This document shows positions 26,596 to 39,584 of a stretch of 64,000 nt of DNA, one piece after another; position 1 is the first letter of the stretch, and each line of letters begins with the position of its first letter. The position numbers and the translations under genes are program-made. Location: positions 34,596,001-34,660,000 of the forward strand of contig NC_135665.1 of NCBI RefSeq assembly GCF_964188315.1, in the 5' to 3' direction. The notes beneath the pieces were generated by a model. That model ran no database searches, was not told where the DNA came from, and was given only the letters and a program-made list of their open reading frames with translations. The DNA is from Podarcis muralis. Its lineage: Eukaryota.

Positions 26596-27225
26596 TAATT
26601 TTCAGGGATTAGCCCTTCCCTTCCCTTTCCACCCAGCTCACTGAGCCTTTGGGGGAAGCTGCAGCGGCTGTCAGGGTGAAGAAGATGAGGAAGGCTGTTC
26701 CTGCATCTGCAGCACAGAAAATTTGGGAATTGAAAATGGAACTGCAGAATTAAATTGCAAGTTTCCCTTGGTTTCACTTCAGAAAGAAGACTGGAACTCC
26801 AAAATACATAGGGGGAGATATAGTATTTGAGAAGCATCTGTAAATGAGACCCATAATGAAGGTGTAAGCATTACAGATGAAAGAAAATGCTTAGGCTTTG
26901 CTCTTCATTCAGTATAATTGGAAAGAGGCGACTCCACAAATGGTTGGCTCAGTTTTGAAGGTCTCAGATTCATGTCTAATTCATGATACCTTCTATCCAC
27001 CACTTATATGGGCAATTGTGAAGCCATAGCTTGCATCACAATGCAGGCTGCATATACGCTGCCATTTAATCTTCATCCAGCAAACTCCAACCACTGGTTG
27101 GGGAAGCACTATATGCAATCAATACCTACTCTAGTTACAGATAGGTAGCCGTGTTGGTCTGCCATAGTCAAAACAAAAAAAATTCCTTCCAGTAGCACCT
27201 TAAAGACCAACTAAGTTAGTTCTTG

Positions 27226-27263
27226 GTATGAGCTTTCGTGTGCATGCACACTTCTTCAGATAC
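27226..27263 (-). ncRNA. Second identical hammerhead motif (antisense arm of the PLE)
   Basis: Exact reverse complement of 27415-27452. Confidence 0.7.
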
Positions 27264-27414
27264 ACTGAAACAAGTTGCCAGATCCTTCTATATAGTGAGA
27301 AGGTGGGGAGGGGTATTACTCAGAAGGGTGGTGGGAATGGGTGATTGGCAGATAGCTGTGTCACATATATAGCTGTGTCACTATATAGAAGGATCTGGCA
27401 ACTTCTGTTTCAGT

Positions 27415-27452
27415 GTATCTGAAGAAGTGTGCATGCACACGAAAGCTCATAC
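27415..27452 (+). ncRNA. Minimal type I hammerhead ribozyme motif within the PLE
   Basis: GUAU-CUGAAGA-A-GUGUG(CAUG)CACAC-GAAA-GC-UC^AUAC: stem I 4 bp, stem II 5 bp, palindromic AGCU in place of stem III. One extra A after the CUGAAGA box. Confidence 0.7.
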
Positions 27453-28907
27453 CAAGAACTAACTTAGTTGGTCTTTAAGGTGCTACTGGAAGGAATTTTT
27501 TTTGTTGTAATACCTACTCTGTCATTTCTTCTGAAATACTGTGTTTTGATGCATTTTCCTTCTATTGAGTTAAAGAACAACCTAGCTATTTTAAACTGGT
27601 AATGGGTACACAGCCTTAGTCATGATCTCAATTCAATGAGATCTCAATTTAATGCCCAAAGGTCATATGGGAAAGTTCCTCCCCATTTCTAAACAGCAGG
27701 GAAGGTGTATGTGCATTGTTACTACTGTATTCTTCTTTACTGCTAATACTTAACTTGATACCCTGTATAGTGAAGATAGATTTTACCTATTTACCCATTT
27801 ACTTTTACAAATGGAAGGGCTTCTTCTATCCATGAAAGACTTTTGAACCAGTTGTGGAAAGGAGGAGATAATTTTAAGCAATTCACCCTTTCCTTTGCAG
27901 TTGCCCCACAGTTCTTGGGGGTCTCTCAACCCTTCCAAAATTCGGAAACTCCTCTGGGGCCCCCTCCGGAGGGGGAGGGGAGTTGGCAAATTTGCCTCCT
28001 TTGTTTCTGTTGGCAGGAGCAAAGTTCTGGATTCAAGCCAAGCTTTATAATGCAGTGCAAAATCTTTCATGGGAATCACTTCCCTTTTCAGGCTACATTT
28101 AACTACCCTTCACTCTTAAGATATGTTATGGTGTGCAAATTCTATGCTGGACAGGTTGTTTAATATCGGTACTAAACAGTACAATACTGAAAGACCCCCG
28201 TTTAGGGAGCCAACCACATATCTCCCAAGCACTTTAGCACCATTTCCCTAATTTTTAACATTCATTTGTGAGCTATAAACATAAATTGGTGTTGCAGGGT
28301 TCCTATTAAAATGTGATGTCCTAATCATAGCACAACATTCTTCCTACAAAATATAGTGAGGTCTCCCACTTTCTTCACAAGGGTTTACCATGTCATAACA
28401 CCTAATTATGTAGTTATGCATTGTAATTACAACTCCTAATTGTATCATTGCATATATTTACAATAATTATATAATTGAAATCTGTCGTGCCAATTATGCA
28501 AATCGATGAGTACTGATTACATCTACCTCAGTTAAACCAAGATTTTCTGACTGTAGTCTAAGAATCCTTAAAATACTGCCACTGAGAATTGTAAAAGATA
28601 TATATAAAAAATACAAACATTCAATTTAGGTTTTGGTCATGATGGATTTTTGTTGAGGATTTTTGTTTGTTTTTCTTTATATTTTGCTTTGAAGTTAACT
28701 TTGAACATCTTCAATCCAGGATATTTTTTAACTTCCCTGGAGAGACTTTTCACAGCTTGATTGTAGCTCACTTCCTACTGTTCATTAATTTCAACTGATA
28801 ACTGTCAGCTATGTTACCTCTCAAGAGTTTGGCCTATTTTTATTGATTTATTTATTTGTTACTTTTTTGTTTTTTATGACTGGCATTCAAATTAAAACTT
28901 CACTGAA

Positions 28908-28909
<2 letters not shown>

Positions 28910-28956
<47 letters not shown>

Positions 28957-28963
28957 TGTGTGT
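28910..28963. repeat. Compound microsatellite (CT)n(GT)n
   Basis: Direct reading. Confidence 0.98.
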
Positions 28964-29019
28964 AAGCAGCTATACCAACAATGTATCTAATGTTGTCCAT
29001 TTGCTGAGAAGGTGCTTGT

Positions 29020-29199
29020 CAACAGAATGGGCCCTAAGTCAGATCACTATTCCTTTTAGCTCAGTATTGTCCACACTAGCCAGCATCAGCTTTCCAGGCT
29101 TTCAGGCATGGTCTTTCTCAGCCCTACCTCGAGAAGCCAGGGATTGAACCTGGGACCTTTGGCATGCAAGGTAGATGATCTACCACTGAGCTATGGCCC
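29020..29199 (-). mobile_element. tRNA-headed squamate SINE (tRNA-Ala/Cys-like head)
   Basis: Minus strand gggccatagctcagtggtagatcat...ggtcccaggttcaatccctgg followed by cagtgtggacaatactgagcta; decayed relatives at about 8720-8900, 21790-21930 and 50670-50830. Confidence 0.75.
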
Positions 29200-29589
29200 T
29201 CTGCAGCTTTGCTCCCTAAATCTTTCCTGGGAGGTTGGGGAGCCTCTGGAGCATGTTTAGGAGGGTGCAAGGCTATAAGGGAATCACTTGAATAGAGTAT
29301 AAGTGCTGCAATGCAGCCATTTAAGTGAGCAAGCTTTATTGTGGCCCCCGGAGCAGGAAACCCGGGGCTGGCAGGGCCTGTACCATGGAAAAATACAATA
29401 AACACACAGGACAAACATCTGGGGTTCAAATAGGCCACAACCTTATGGATTACAGATGTAAGTAGATTTTGGCATTGGCATTGGGTATGTATCCTGAATC
29501 AACCAATCCAATGGCTGCTTAATTATTTTGCAGGGTTGATTCTGTGTTGATTCTGCTGTACTCTATGCCGTACATCAAATAGAGGCGAC

Positions 29590-30410
29590 CCCTTCAGGAA
29601 TGACCGCTCCACACATAAAACGGGGGGTGCCCTTTGCGTGGACGCGCGCAGCCCCTGGATCTGGAGCATCAGCATAGGCTTGGCTTCGCCTTCCCTCAGG
29701 TGGGATACTTGGAGGTCTCCGCCTACCTCAGTCAGCTGTCCAATCCCACCTGGGGAGAGCGTTGCCAAGGAGACCAGGCCAGGTAGGGGAGGGACTACCT
29801 GCCCACACAATAGAGGGAGGATCTTACCTGGGAATCCTCACTTGGCTCCAGAGCTTCTCCCACCCTACCCACCCTCAGTTAATGTCTAGTTTTGCAGGTT
29901 AACCTTTCTTCACAGGTTTGCAGGTTAACTTTTCTTCACAGGTATGCGGGCACTGCTACGTCAAGGTCGCTGTTAAAGGGCCGGAAAGGAATTTCCCTGC
30001 ATTGGCAGGTTTCGCCTTTCCCGTAGCAAAACGTCACAACTTTGGCGGTATCAGGCCTTGGGCGGAATCCTTTAGTCCATCTTCCTCTTTGCAGCGGCAA
30101 TACCAGGGTTCCCCGTTAAAGGGGTTTCTGAAGCGAGGATTTGACTGTACGCCAAAAGGTCGTCATTGCTCTCCAGAGCCGGCCCATCCCCCCCCCACAC
30201 ACTGGATAACCCTGATGCTCCCTAGGTCCCCGGCTGGGGACTGGGGAGGGATAACACCCAATGCCTGAGCCAAGGTCTACCCACATTTGAAATTTAATAA
30301 AGTTGTGGCCAATTTAATCCCCATAGCATGTTGTCTTGAGTCGTTATTCCACATGACGGGGGGGGGGCGCTCAGGATCTGGGGGACTCCGCCTGTCCACG
30401 CAATGCCATT
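29590..30410 (+). mobile_element. GC-rich non-autonomous DIRS-like (tyrosine-recombinase class) or LTR-like retroelement remnant
   Basis: Imperfect inverted termini (29634-29667 vs 30369-30403); AATAAAGTTGTGGCC motif at 30296, also seen antisense near 29430-29450 and 63925-63945; CpG-rich. No TSD found; class inferred. Confidence 0.5.
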
Positions 30411-30777
30411 TTGGGGAGTGCTGTGGCCCATTGGCCCCCAACTGAGCATCTGGACAGAAGCACCTCCCTCTGGAACCTTTTACTGGGGTGCCCCATGATA
30501 CCAAATTGAAAACGCTGTCCCTCCCAAGCCAATAAAGAGACAGTGGGTTGAAAGGTAAAAAATATTTTATTCTGAGCCACAGAACAGAGTCTCAGTTGGA
30601 TACTTCTCAAAAGATTAAGTCTAGAACAAAGAATGCACAAAGCATTTATACAATTGTAGCAATCACAGATGCATGATTTCCTGTTTCACTATTGGCTAGG
30701 AACACATTTGGACAAAGCATTCCTAAGTCAGGTAGTCTTCTAATTGGCTACAGGACAGTTACGGTACTTCCTGAAGA

Positions 30778-31137
30778 GGGATGTGGATGGTGCTGTGGTC
30801 TAAACCACTGAGCCTCTTGGGGTTGCCGATCGGAAGGTCGTGGTTCAAATCCACACGATGGGGTGAGCTTCTGTTACTCTGCCCCAGCTTCTGCCAACCT
30901 AGGTGTTCAAAAGCATACCAGTGCAAGTAGATAAATAAGTACTGCTGTGACAGGAAGGTAAACGGCATTTCCTGTCATGGTGTTCTGTTGCACCAGGAGT
31001 GGTTAAGTCATGCTGGCCACATGACCAGGGAAGCTGTCTGTGGATGAATGCCGGCTCCCTTGGCCTGAAAGTGAGATGAGCACCACACCCCATAGTCGCC
31101 TTTGACTGGACTTAACGTTCCAGGGGTCCTTTACCTT
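30778..31137 (+). mobile_element. Sauria SINE (older subfamily), full length
   Basis: Head gggatgtggatggtgctgtggtctaaacc, tail cctttacctt; 10-bp TSD tacttcctga (30765-30774, 31138-31147). Confidence 0.9.
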
Positions 31138-31497
31138 TACTTCCTGAGGCTCCCTTATCTCAAGCTTAGGCCAGGCCAGGCTAGGCATAACTGGCCTTGC
31201 AGTTGTGGTTGTAACTGTGGGAACGTGTTTATGCAGACTCAGCAGGCTGAGGTTAGCTGTGTACATGATGTGCAAACTTCAGTGTTATGTCATCTCTGAG
31301 TTACAGCTCTGAGGTATGGCTCTGAGTTATGATACCTCTGAGTTATGGCACCCAGGTCTCAGAAATATGACAGAGAATGTGAGCCAAGTTGTGTGCTGTG
31401 CTGTGTTGACACTGAGTCTTGACATCTGGCCCTAGGTCATGACATCCAGCTGGGTGACAAATCATGGCATCCAGCTATCACCCTGAAGCGAAAGTGT

Positions 31498-32005
31498 CAT
31501 TCCCTCCAACATTCCTCTGATGAAAATAGGGACGTCCCATTCCATAATGATAATTTTACTATTTATACCCTCTGAGCAGCTACTCTGGGCAGCTCCAACA
31601 TAATAAAACATTAAACATTTTTTTAAAAAACCTTCCCTATACAGGATTTCCTTCAGACAGCTCAGGAGTCGAATAACTCCAAACCCTCCAACATTTATCC
31701 AATGAAAACAGGGATATCCTAAGGAAAAACGGGATATTCCGGGATCAAATCAGAAACTGGGATGGCTTCTCTAAATCAGGGACATCCCTGGAAAATAATA
31801 ATAATAGGGACACTTGGAGGGTCTGTGGTGTGTGGGTTTCTAATTTGATCCCAGAATGTCCCACTTTTCCTTAGGATGTCCATACTTTCATTGGAGAAAT
31901 TTTGGAGGGTATGGTAGGGCAAGCTAGTAAGGTGTGTGGGGTATAAATAGTAAAATTATCATTATGGGATGTCCCTATTTTCATTGGAGAAATGTTGGAG
32001 TATAT
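31498..32005. mobile_element. Two adjacent, oppositely oriented copies of the 9515-type repeat
   Basis: First copy bounded by cattccctccaa...ttggagggtctg (TIR-like); second, partial copy from about 31835 is inverted relative to the first. Confidence 0.55.
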
Positions 32006-33428
32006 GTAACAGGGTGTTCAGAACTGTGACCACATGCCTGCAAGCTGAAATTGGACAGCCCATTCATTCTACCGCCTTATTCTATTGTACATGTAGATAA
32101 TAGGACCGTAAGATAAAGCCTGCCTAAGTCAGTCTATTGATTTTAATATTTCAATAAGAATAGCAACTTTGGATTAGGAGGCTTTTATATTGTTCTATGA
32201 GTGATAAACTTATTTAGGGATATTTAGCAGATCTTGTTAGGCAGGATTTAAATTAATGATGCAATTCCCAAAGCAGTCTGCCAGCACAAGCCTCACTACA
32301 GTGAAGTTATTCACTGTACCGACACAGATGATGTTACCTTCTGCTGTCTTTAGTCAGACTGAATATTAGAAATATCTCATCAGAAATTCCTGAAGTTGTG
32401 CCAATTTCATTGTGTGCTCCATTCGAAGAGCAAGCCTTTTATTTTTATAAATCATATTTGGACACATTAATTATCAGTCTTCCTTATTATTATTATTTTG
32501 TTTTACTGCCTGCCTGCAGTGTTTTTTCCCTTATTTGGTCCCCAATACAGCCTAAGAATTTCATAAATTTGTGCATCTTTAACAAGAAATTACCTTACCC
32601 ATATAGCCTATAGGCAGAGAATTGGGCATCATCCATTAATGTATGAGAATATCAAAACTGTTTGCTGTTATTATTTAGTTATCAGGTTCCAGGTTAGCAG
32701 AAAGAAAATCTGCAAGCATCTATTTTGTCAACAAAACATAGACACTCTTCAGTTCTGAATAAATGCATTACTTTAGCTTAGTTTACATGTTACGCTAAGC
32801 CAAACCTTGGCTTGGCAAAACATGTATTCATGTGAGTTCCTAGAATGGAGCTGATAGTAGCTTTGCTTCTCCCTGGTCCTTTTTGCTGTTATGTCAAACT
32901 AAACCAAGGTTTGATTTGTGTGTCATCTAAACTCAGGGTTGTGTGCCTTGTTTGGCCTGCTCTGCATCCCCTAAACTAGCATGTGTGGTGGAAGGTGCTG
33001 GCCTAGCACCAGTGTTGAAATGAGATTCAGCTGCTAGTCCAGTCAGATTTGGTACATGGAATGAGGGGTGTCATCTCCACCCCAGGCAGCAAAACGCCTT
33101 TGGCCAGCCTTGCATCGTAATCATTATTGTTTAGAAATGGTTGCCATGGTCTCGCTTCACTTCACTTTTTTTGTTTTACATACTCATTCCTGACCTCTCA
33201 AAAACACTTACATATAAGAGCACTTCTAGAAGAAATAATCAGAATAGGGGTTGAGTTTTGAACCCGATGCCCCCACAAAGCCTACCAGTAGAGCAAGAAC
33301 TATTGAATTCTTAGCAGCAGGTTCCCAGAAGTATCTGTCTAGTGCTATGGGAAACAGCACCCATCCATTCATGAAGAAGTTCCATAGAGCATTTGGAAGG
33401 CATGTGGTGAACTCCCATTCCCTGCAAC

Positions 33429-33431
<3 letters not shown>

Positions 33432-33471
<40 letters not shown>
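33432..33471. repeat. (GT)20 microsatellite
   Basis: Direct reading. Confidence 0.98.
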
Positions 33472-33474
<3 letters not shown>

Positions 33475-36400
33475 AAATAAATAAATCTGTTCACTGTACT
33501 CTTTTTGGCACCTGCCAAAAACATTTTTGCATAGGCAAGCCTACCCAGATTTGGAGAATGTGTAGATGTGTTTTAATCTGTTTTTAGCTTATTGCTGATT
33601 TTAATTATTATTATTTGATTGGCTGTTTTGGTGATGATTTTGCTGTTTTTTTCTTTTTATAAACCACTTTGAGGTGTTTGGGTGTTGTTTGTTTTTTGCA
33701 ATCAAGCAATATATAAATTGTACAAAATACAATAAGATTTGCATCACATTAGTTTAAGATGGGAAAACAGGGCGCAACTGGGCCCAACAGAACTCCTCTT
33801 GACTAGTTTTAGCACATAATGTTTGGCAATTTGCAACTTGGATATTTTCCCTCTATTAGGGAGGGCAATTTAGTTGAGCATCATTTATTGCAAACATTAA
33901 TTCTGGATCTCCTCTCACATACCTGAAACCTCTCTTTGTATCTGTGTCAATCATATTTGCATTTCAATTTAAGATGTGGCTCTGATTCTACAAATAAATT
34001 TATGCAGGCTCCTGTAGCCCACGTTCATGGGGTACATTATGTGACTGACATCTGGCACAATTATTAGAAGTTTCAAAAGCTAATATAGATATTTAAATAA
34101 AATAAAATAACAGGCTTTGTGGCTTTTGAAACGTATTTAAATTAGAGCAATTTGCATGCAGTTGTGCTTTGTATGGTGGCAATAGCTCATTTTTAACATT
34201 TTGCATTAGCATTGCATTCTTGATGGTTTACAAAGGACATGTGATACGTTCTCAGCCTTTACTGAAGAATTAGGCCAGCTGGTATGTTTTAAGCTATCTT
34301 AGTAAATGTGTCTTGTAATGCTGTTGTCATCTTTTAGGAGAAGCCTTTTGTTGCATTTAAATTTTAGAAAAGAAAGAATACAATTTAAAATACATGTGGA
34401 AGGCCAGAATTTCACACTTGAAAGAAAAGGATAATCCCTTTTAGCAGCATAGCTAAAGCAAGCTATTATCTGAAGGGAGTACCTTCCAGCAATGTTAAGT
34501 GCATTATATTTGATGGTGCTTTTGTGTGGGTTGGCCACAGTAAAGCAGATGACCTCTCAGTTGATAATTTAACTGGAAAGATGTGACAAGACAAAGCAAT
34601 CCAACTCAGCATTAATGGACCAAAATGCATTTTATGAAATAGGTGAGGGTTTTATTATCCTTATTGATTGATGTACGCCAATGATACATACAGAAACACT
34701 AGCATAAGAGAAAAAACAGGGAACAATATGTTGTATATCTACTTTGACAGGGAGCAAAATTATATTGACAGGACAAAATTAGAACCATTTTCTGAACAAT
34801 AAATAATATGATAACAAGAACAAGTTTCTCTTTGTCTTGTAACCATTGACATTTGAAACTCTAACTTTTCAGAGGCGTTGGTTATCCAGCCATTCATACA
34901 GTGCCTTGACATCCAGCATAGGAATCTGTGAGTGGAAAGAAGATCTCCTATGTCATTCTCTTCTACCTGCAGCATATGTTCTACTGAGTCAAGGATGAGG
35001 GAGTTAGGCTGGGGCAGCCTGGCTGTCCTGGGAACTTCTTGGTTCAGCCAAAGATCCACTGGATCCTAGCCCCTCATCCTGCTGATTCTTGCTATAGGAT
35101 TGCTCCTTTAGCGTAGTGCTACTGCAACACATAATGCTTGCATTCATGGCCTGCACCACGGCTGTCTCTAACTAAGACTTTGGTGGTTGCATGTGGCTTT
35201 CAAACCTGGAGCTGTCCTTGCCCTTGAAGACTTGTCAGCAGATATCAAATGACCTCCATATTTATTTTGAATGTGCCTCAAAAGCCAGCCCTTAATTGCT
35301 CCTACCTGATCGGGGGGGGGGGGGGGGGGAATTGTGGCAAGGAGTAAATAGGCTGCAAATCTCACCTTCTTCAGCCTCCTACCCTTTCAACAATATTTGT
35401 AGTAAACAAATATCTTCACTGCTATGAAGGCAAAGCCTTAATACCATCCCCACTTTTTCCTTTCTCAAAAGAAAAAGATGAAGGACAATTTTTTCCTTTA
35501 AATATATTGTGGCAAAGTTCAAATGAGGATTCGCATCTTCTAGGGAACACAAGTATGCACTTGCTCTATAGATCAAGGGCTCTCCAAAGATTTAGTAAAT
35601 ACCACCTTGAGAAAGAAACTTGGCTTCTGTTCATAAAGTTGAGCAGGGTAGGAGGGGAGTCATGTTCAATTATCACTGAATATGTGCAGAATTAAAATTG
35701 GACCAGTAATCTGTGGCTGCCAACTGTTTTAAATAGCTGTCAGTAAAATGGATAGCCCCCTAAAATTGTTCCTGTAGTCATAATCATATAATTTTATAGT
35801 ACCACAGTAATGAAGCAGCTTGAAAAGTGTTCTGCGTCTGCTGGAAGGAAAGAAGATTCTGTGTCTTCAAGTGCTTTTGTGCAGTACATTCTGGTCCTTT
35901 GCAGAAAATAGGCTTTGTGCTATGGATGAAAAAGGACCAATAATGGCCCATATAGTTTCTATTGGTTATGGAAATAATACGAAATGAACAAACTACCACA
36001 ATATTCATTCCAACCTATCTATAAAGATCCTCCATAAAGTTTATTTTCCTTTATTTTTCACTCCTCCCAAAGCAAAGTACTCTCACAAAACAGCAGTGAG
36101 AGAACAGGAATAGCTGTGAGCTAAATTGCACATTGAGAAGTTTATGCATGAATCAGTATTAACTACCATAGTATTAGAGGTCATCTATAATCCCACTGTC
36201 AGGGTTTGTGTTCGGTACTATTATCATGCCATACTAAGCACAGCCAGAGTTATCTCATTCCACAAAATTAGGCACTGGAAGGAGAAGCGGACCACAGATG
36301 TCTAAAGCATATTTGCTTTTCACATGTCTCCCATTTGAAATCTGTTTGTGTTGAGCTGCTGATGGCTTCTTGTGGAGCTCTGCTAGCTGGATAAGTTAAA

Positions 36401-38096
36401 AGAATGCATCCAAGACTGCAGCATCACCTTGAATAACAATAAAGCAATGTCTTCCCGCGGCAACCATTATTTTAAAGATACTACATTTTGTTGTGCACCT
36501 ATTAGAGATCCGTTTAAGCCATCAACAGATTGTGATGTAAATTATTCCTGCCCCTACTGCTACTCTAAGCACACCAGTGATGCCTCCCACTTTCTGACAG
36601 TGGAAAACACATTACCAATTGTTGATGGGAACTGTGCTGCCTTTGCACACAAACCTTTGTTGAAGCTGGCAATGGAAGCTCCCTGCATTTGTAGAACTCT
36701 GGTTCAATAGCCACTGGGTAAATTCACACATAACACTCAAACCATGATACTAACAGGACTGCTTCCACGTTAGAGGGGAATTGGGGCAAAGTTTGCTTTT
36801 GTGCTCCCCCTCCATCCATTGCCAGTGGATCTCAGTGAACCTATTTGACTTCAGTGGCAATGCTTTAAATAGTGGTGAAAAGCTCTGTGTAGCTACCTTT
36901 TTAATTTCCCACAGTGCGCCTAGAATGACTGCGTCAGGAGCATTGTGGGAAAATAAGAGGGTGGCTAGATCCACTCACCTGGTGAAGCTCAATGTGTAGA
37001 TTCAAAGACAGGTATCAGTTGTGGGCCTGGCAGTCTTGGCAGCTGCTTAAGGATATCAGGAGTTGACATCAGCCTCTTGTACGTGAATATGGCCTATATT
37101 AGCATCCTCCCTCTTTCCTCCATGTGCTCTGATTCCCTCCCTTGTTTTTAATGGCACACCATAGCACATTGCTATATCTGAACAGGACAAACCATGAATG
37201 TATACAATAGTTTAAACTATATTTGAAATCGCCTAGCTGTGGATTTTCTACACTGAGAAGTGGTTGGTCTCCTGGTTTGCAAACCATAGTTTACTCAGTT
37301 CAGATAATCCAGGAAACAATGTTTTGTTTCTTGGTCAGAAGGAAATCTGAGCACTTCAGGGAAATAGGGTGGCAAAAGCGAATAAATGAATCATGATGTG
37401 GTATGTCTTAACCAACCCATTTAACATCTTGATGTTGTCTTTTTATTAAATAAATAGAATAAAACAAATATATTGTTTAGTACTAATATGGGATTCTACT
37501 TTCTCCTCCTTGCCAAAACATTTTGTTTGTTCAGAATTGTCTGAACTTATACCAATTTTTCTCATCAAGGAAGTATATTGACTAAAACTCTTGTTGTAAC
37601 TGGGCTTCTGTTAGGTTTAGCTGCAGCTAACAAATCTGTTCATAGGTGAAATGTATGATCCTGATTATATATGAAATGCTTTTCCCCCCTCAATGAAATA
37701 AATTTATTTTCCTCCAACACTATTGACAGGCTTTGAAATCACAGGTTTTATTTTCAACTTTAACGATAGCTCAAAATACAGTGAAATAAGCTTACAGAGA
37801 AATATGATTTTTAAAAAATAAAATCAAAAAAATCTTTAAAGCAAAGGATCAAAGATATAGAATATTAATCAAATATATGCTGTATACTCCAAAAAGAACG
37901 TGAAAAAATTGATGTGAAAATGTAGAGAACTAAATTTATGATGGGAGAAATGAGAAATTATGGGGGAACAGAAATTGACAGATTCACCTGTCCCTAGTCA
38001 GGAATCTATTATCCATAGTCAGGAATCTATTATCCATACTCTTGTGTTTCAAATGTTCTGTATCTTTTCTTCTTTTCATCCCTTCTTTTCCTACAG

Positions 38097-38278
38097 AATG
38101 CTCTGGGCCATTGGGAATTGAAGGCGGAATAATTTCAAACCAGCAAATTACTGCATCATCTACCCATCGGGCACTTTTTGGGCTCCAGAAATGGTATCCT
38201 TACTATGCACGACTTAACAAGAAAGGTCTTGTAAATGCTTGGACTGCAGCAGAAAACGACAGATGGCCCTGGATTCAG
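38097..38278 (+). CDS. EDIL3: EDIL3 internal coding exon (start of discoidin/F5-8 type C domain 1)
   Basis: Long polypyrimidine tract then ctacAG; donor GTaaca (38279); 182 bp, phase 1-0. (K)[60 protein letters not shown]. Confidence 0.97.
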
Positions 38279-39377
38279 GTAACAGATGGAGCTGTGAGAG
38301 GGTGGGTGGGTGGCAGGAAGTCTCCTAGCCTCTGTTGCCAACATCACTTAAGTAACTGATGAACACAAATGGCAAACTATTATCAGGATTCTTATTTACA
38401 ACCTTTAATTGAGGCCTAGACTTATGAGGAGGCATTTTTATTGCGATCGCTGTAGACCTTTTAAGTGCTCCAGGCCTTATGAGAAAGCAGGAACCTGGCG
38501 CCACAAAAATCTGTTGAGCATACATTCCAGTTTGCAGAAATGTATTTGTTCATTATTGCTGTAGTGGCACCATCTGCTGAAAGGCATATTGTTACACATT
38601 ACCACCCCCTCCACTTCATAAAACGCAATAGGTCACTACCTAACTCAATGGGAGTTTTAACGGATGGTATTTATAAGAGCTCCAGCCACCACAGAGAGTA
38701 ACATAAGAGAAAGATTGCCTTTAAGGCTTCTCACCTTAATGAACCGTTGCCAGAGGGGTATATATAATCTGGGCATTTGCTTGTTATTTTTGGTTATTTA
38801 ACAATTCATATGCTGCCATTTCATAGTCCTCTAATCATGGCTTACAATTAATATAATGAGAAATGTATTGATCCACTGGCCCAAAGGAGGGCTCGTAGGA
38901 GAGGTTGGGTACAGGGATACCAAAGAAGTATGCCCAAAATGCCAGTGATCAGTTCTAGTCCTTTATTATAGGAAGCTATAGGCTTACAGCAAATCAGCCT
39001 GCCAGGTCTCTCAGCCTTTAGAGACATGGGGTGGACACCGCAGTAAGAAGATAGTTTGTCTGTACCCAAAGCAAGTGTCCATACATTCTTTATACACAAA
39101 GCGGCTTTGGCCAGGTCTTCCCATCACTTCACCTGACCGGATGAGGGCATAGGTGGCAAATACCTAAGTCTTACAGATAGTTTACCTTTCTGGAGTCAGA
39201 GCCCAGCACTTCAAGTGAATGTAAACATATGTGTGAGTTCGTTGTTAGAACTACCAGTTAATTGTGGGGTTATATTGACTACCAAGATGGCGTTTACAGA
39301 GCTTCCTTTGGTTCAACTCAAGAATGTTTGTCACTGTGTGATGAAGGGAGGAAGAGAAATTGAATAAATGGATGATA

Positions 39378-39584
39378 TCCAACTACCGGTAAGTCATACT
39401 CAGAGTAGACTCATTTAAATCAGTGGGTGAGAGCTAGTTGTTGCATCTTGCATATGCAACAACAACAACGAACAGGGTAAGCAGGAAAGAAGAAAAAAGA
39501 CTGCTTATACCGCACTGCATGTCACTTATTGGACTAAAGTCCATTGATTTCAGTGGGTCTACTCTGAGTATGACTAATGTTGGA
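39378..39584. mobile_element. Old MITE-like element with about 45-bp inverted ends
   Basis: agtcatactcagagtagac (39392-39410) pairs with gtctactctgagtatgact (39557-39575); related motifs are scattered through the window. Confidence 0.55.

Larger units (their letters stand above)
27133..27508. mobile_element. Penelope-like element remnant (inverted pseudo-LTR pair)
   Basis: About 127-bp near-perfect inverted arms (27172-27298, 27378-27506); 12-bp TSD aatacctactct (27121-27132, 27509-27520); terminal motif gaaagctcata...gtctttaaggtgctact typical of reptile PLE ends. Confidence 0.85.

Noticed and set aside
29130-29199. tRNA-like sequences (also 12050-12104 and 42677-42750)
   Set aside because: They lack a complete acceptor stem and run directly into SINE bodies, so they are SINE heads rather than tRNA genes.
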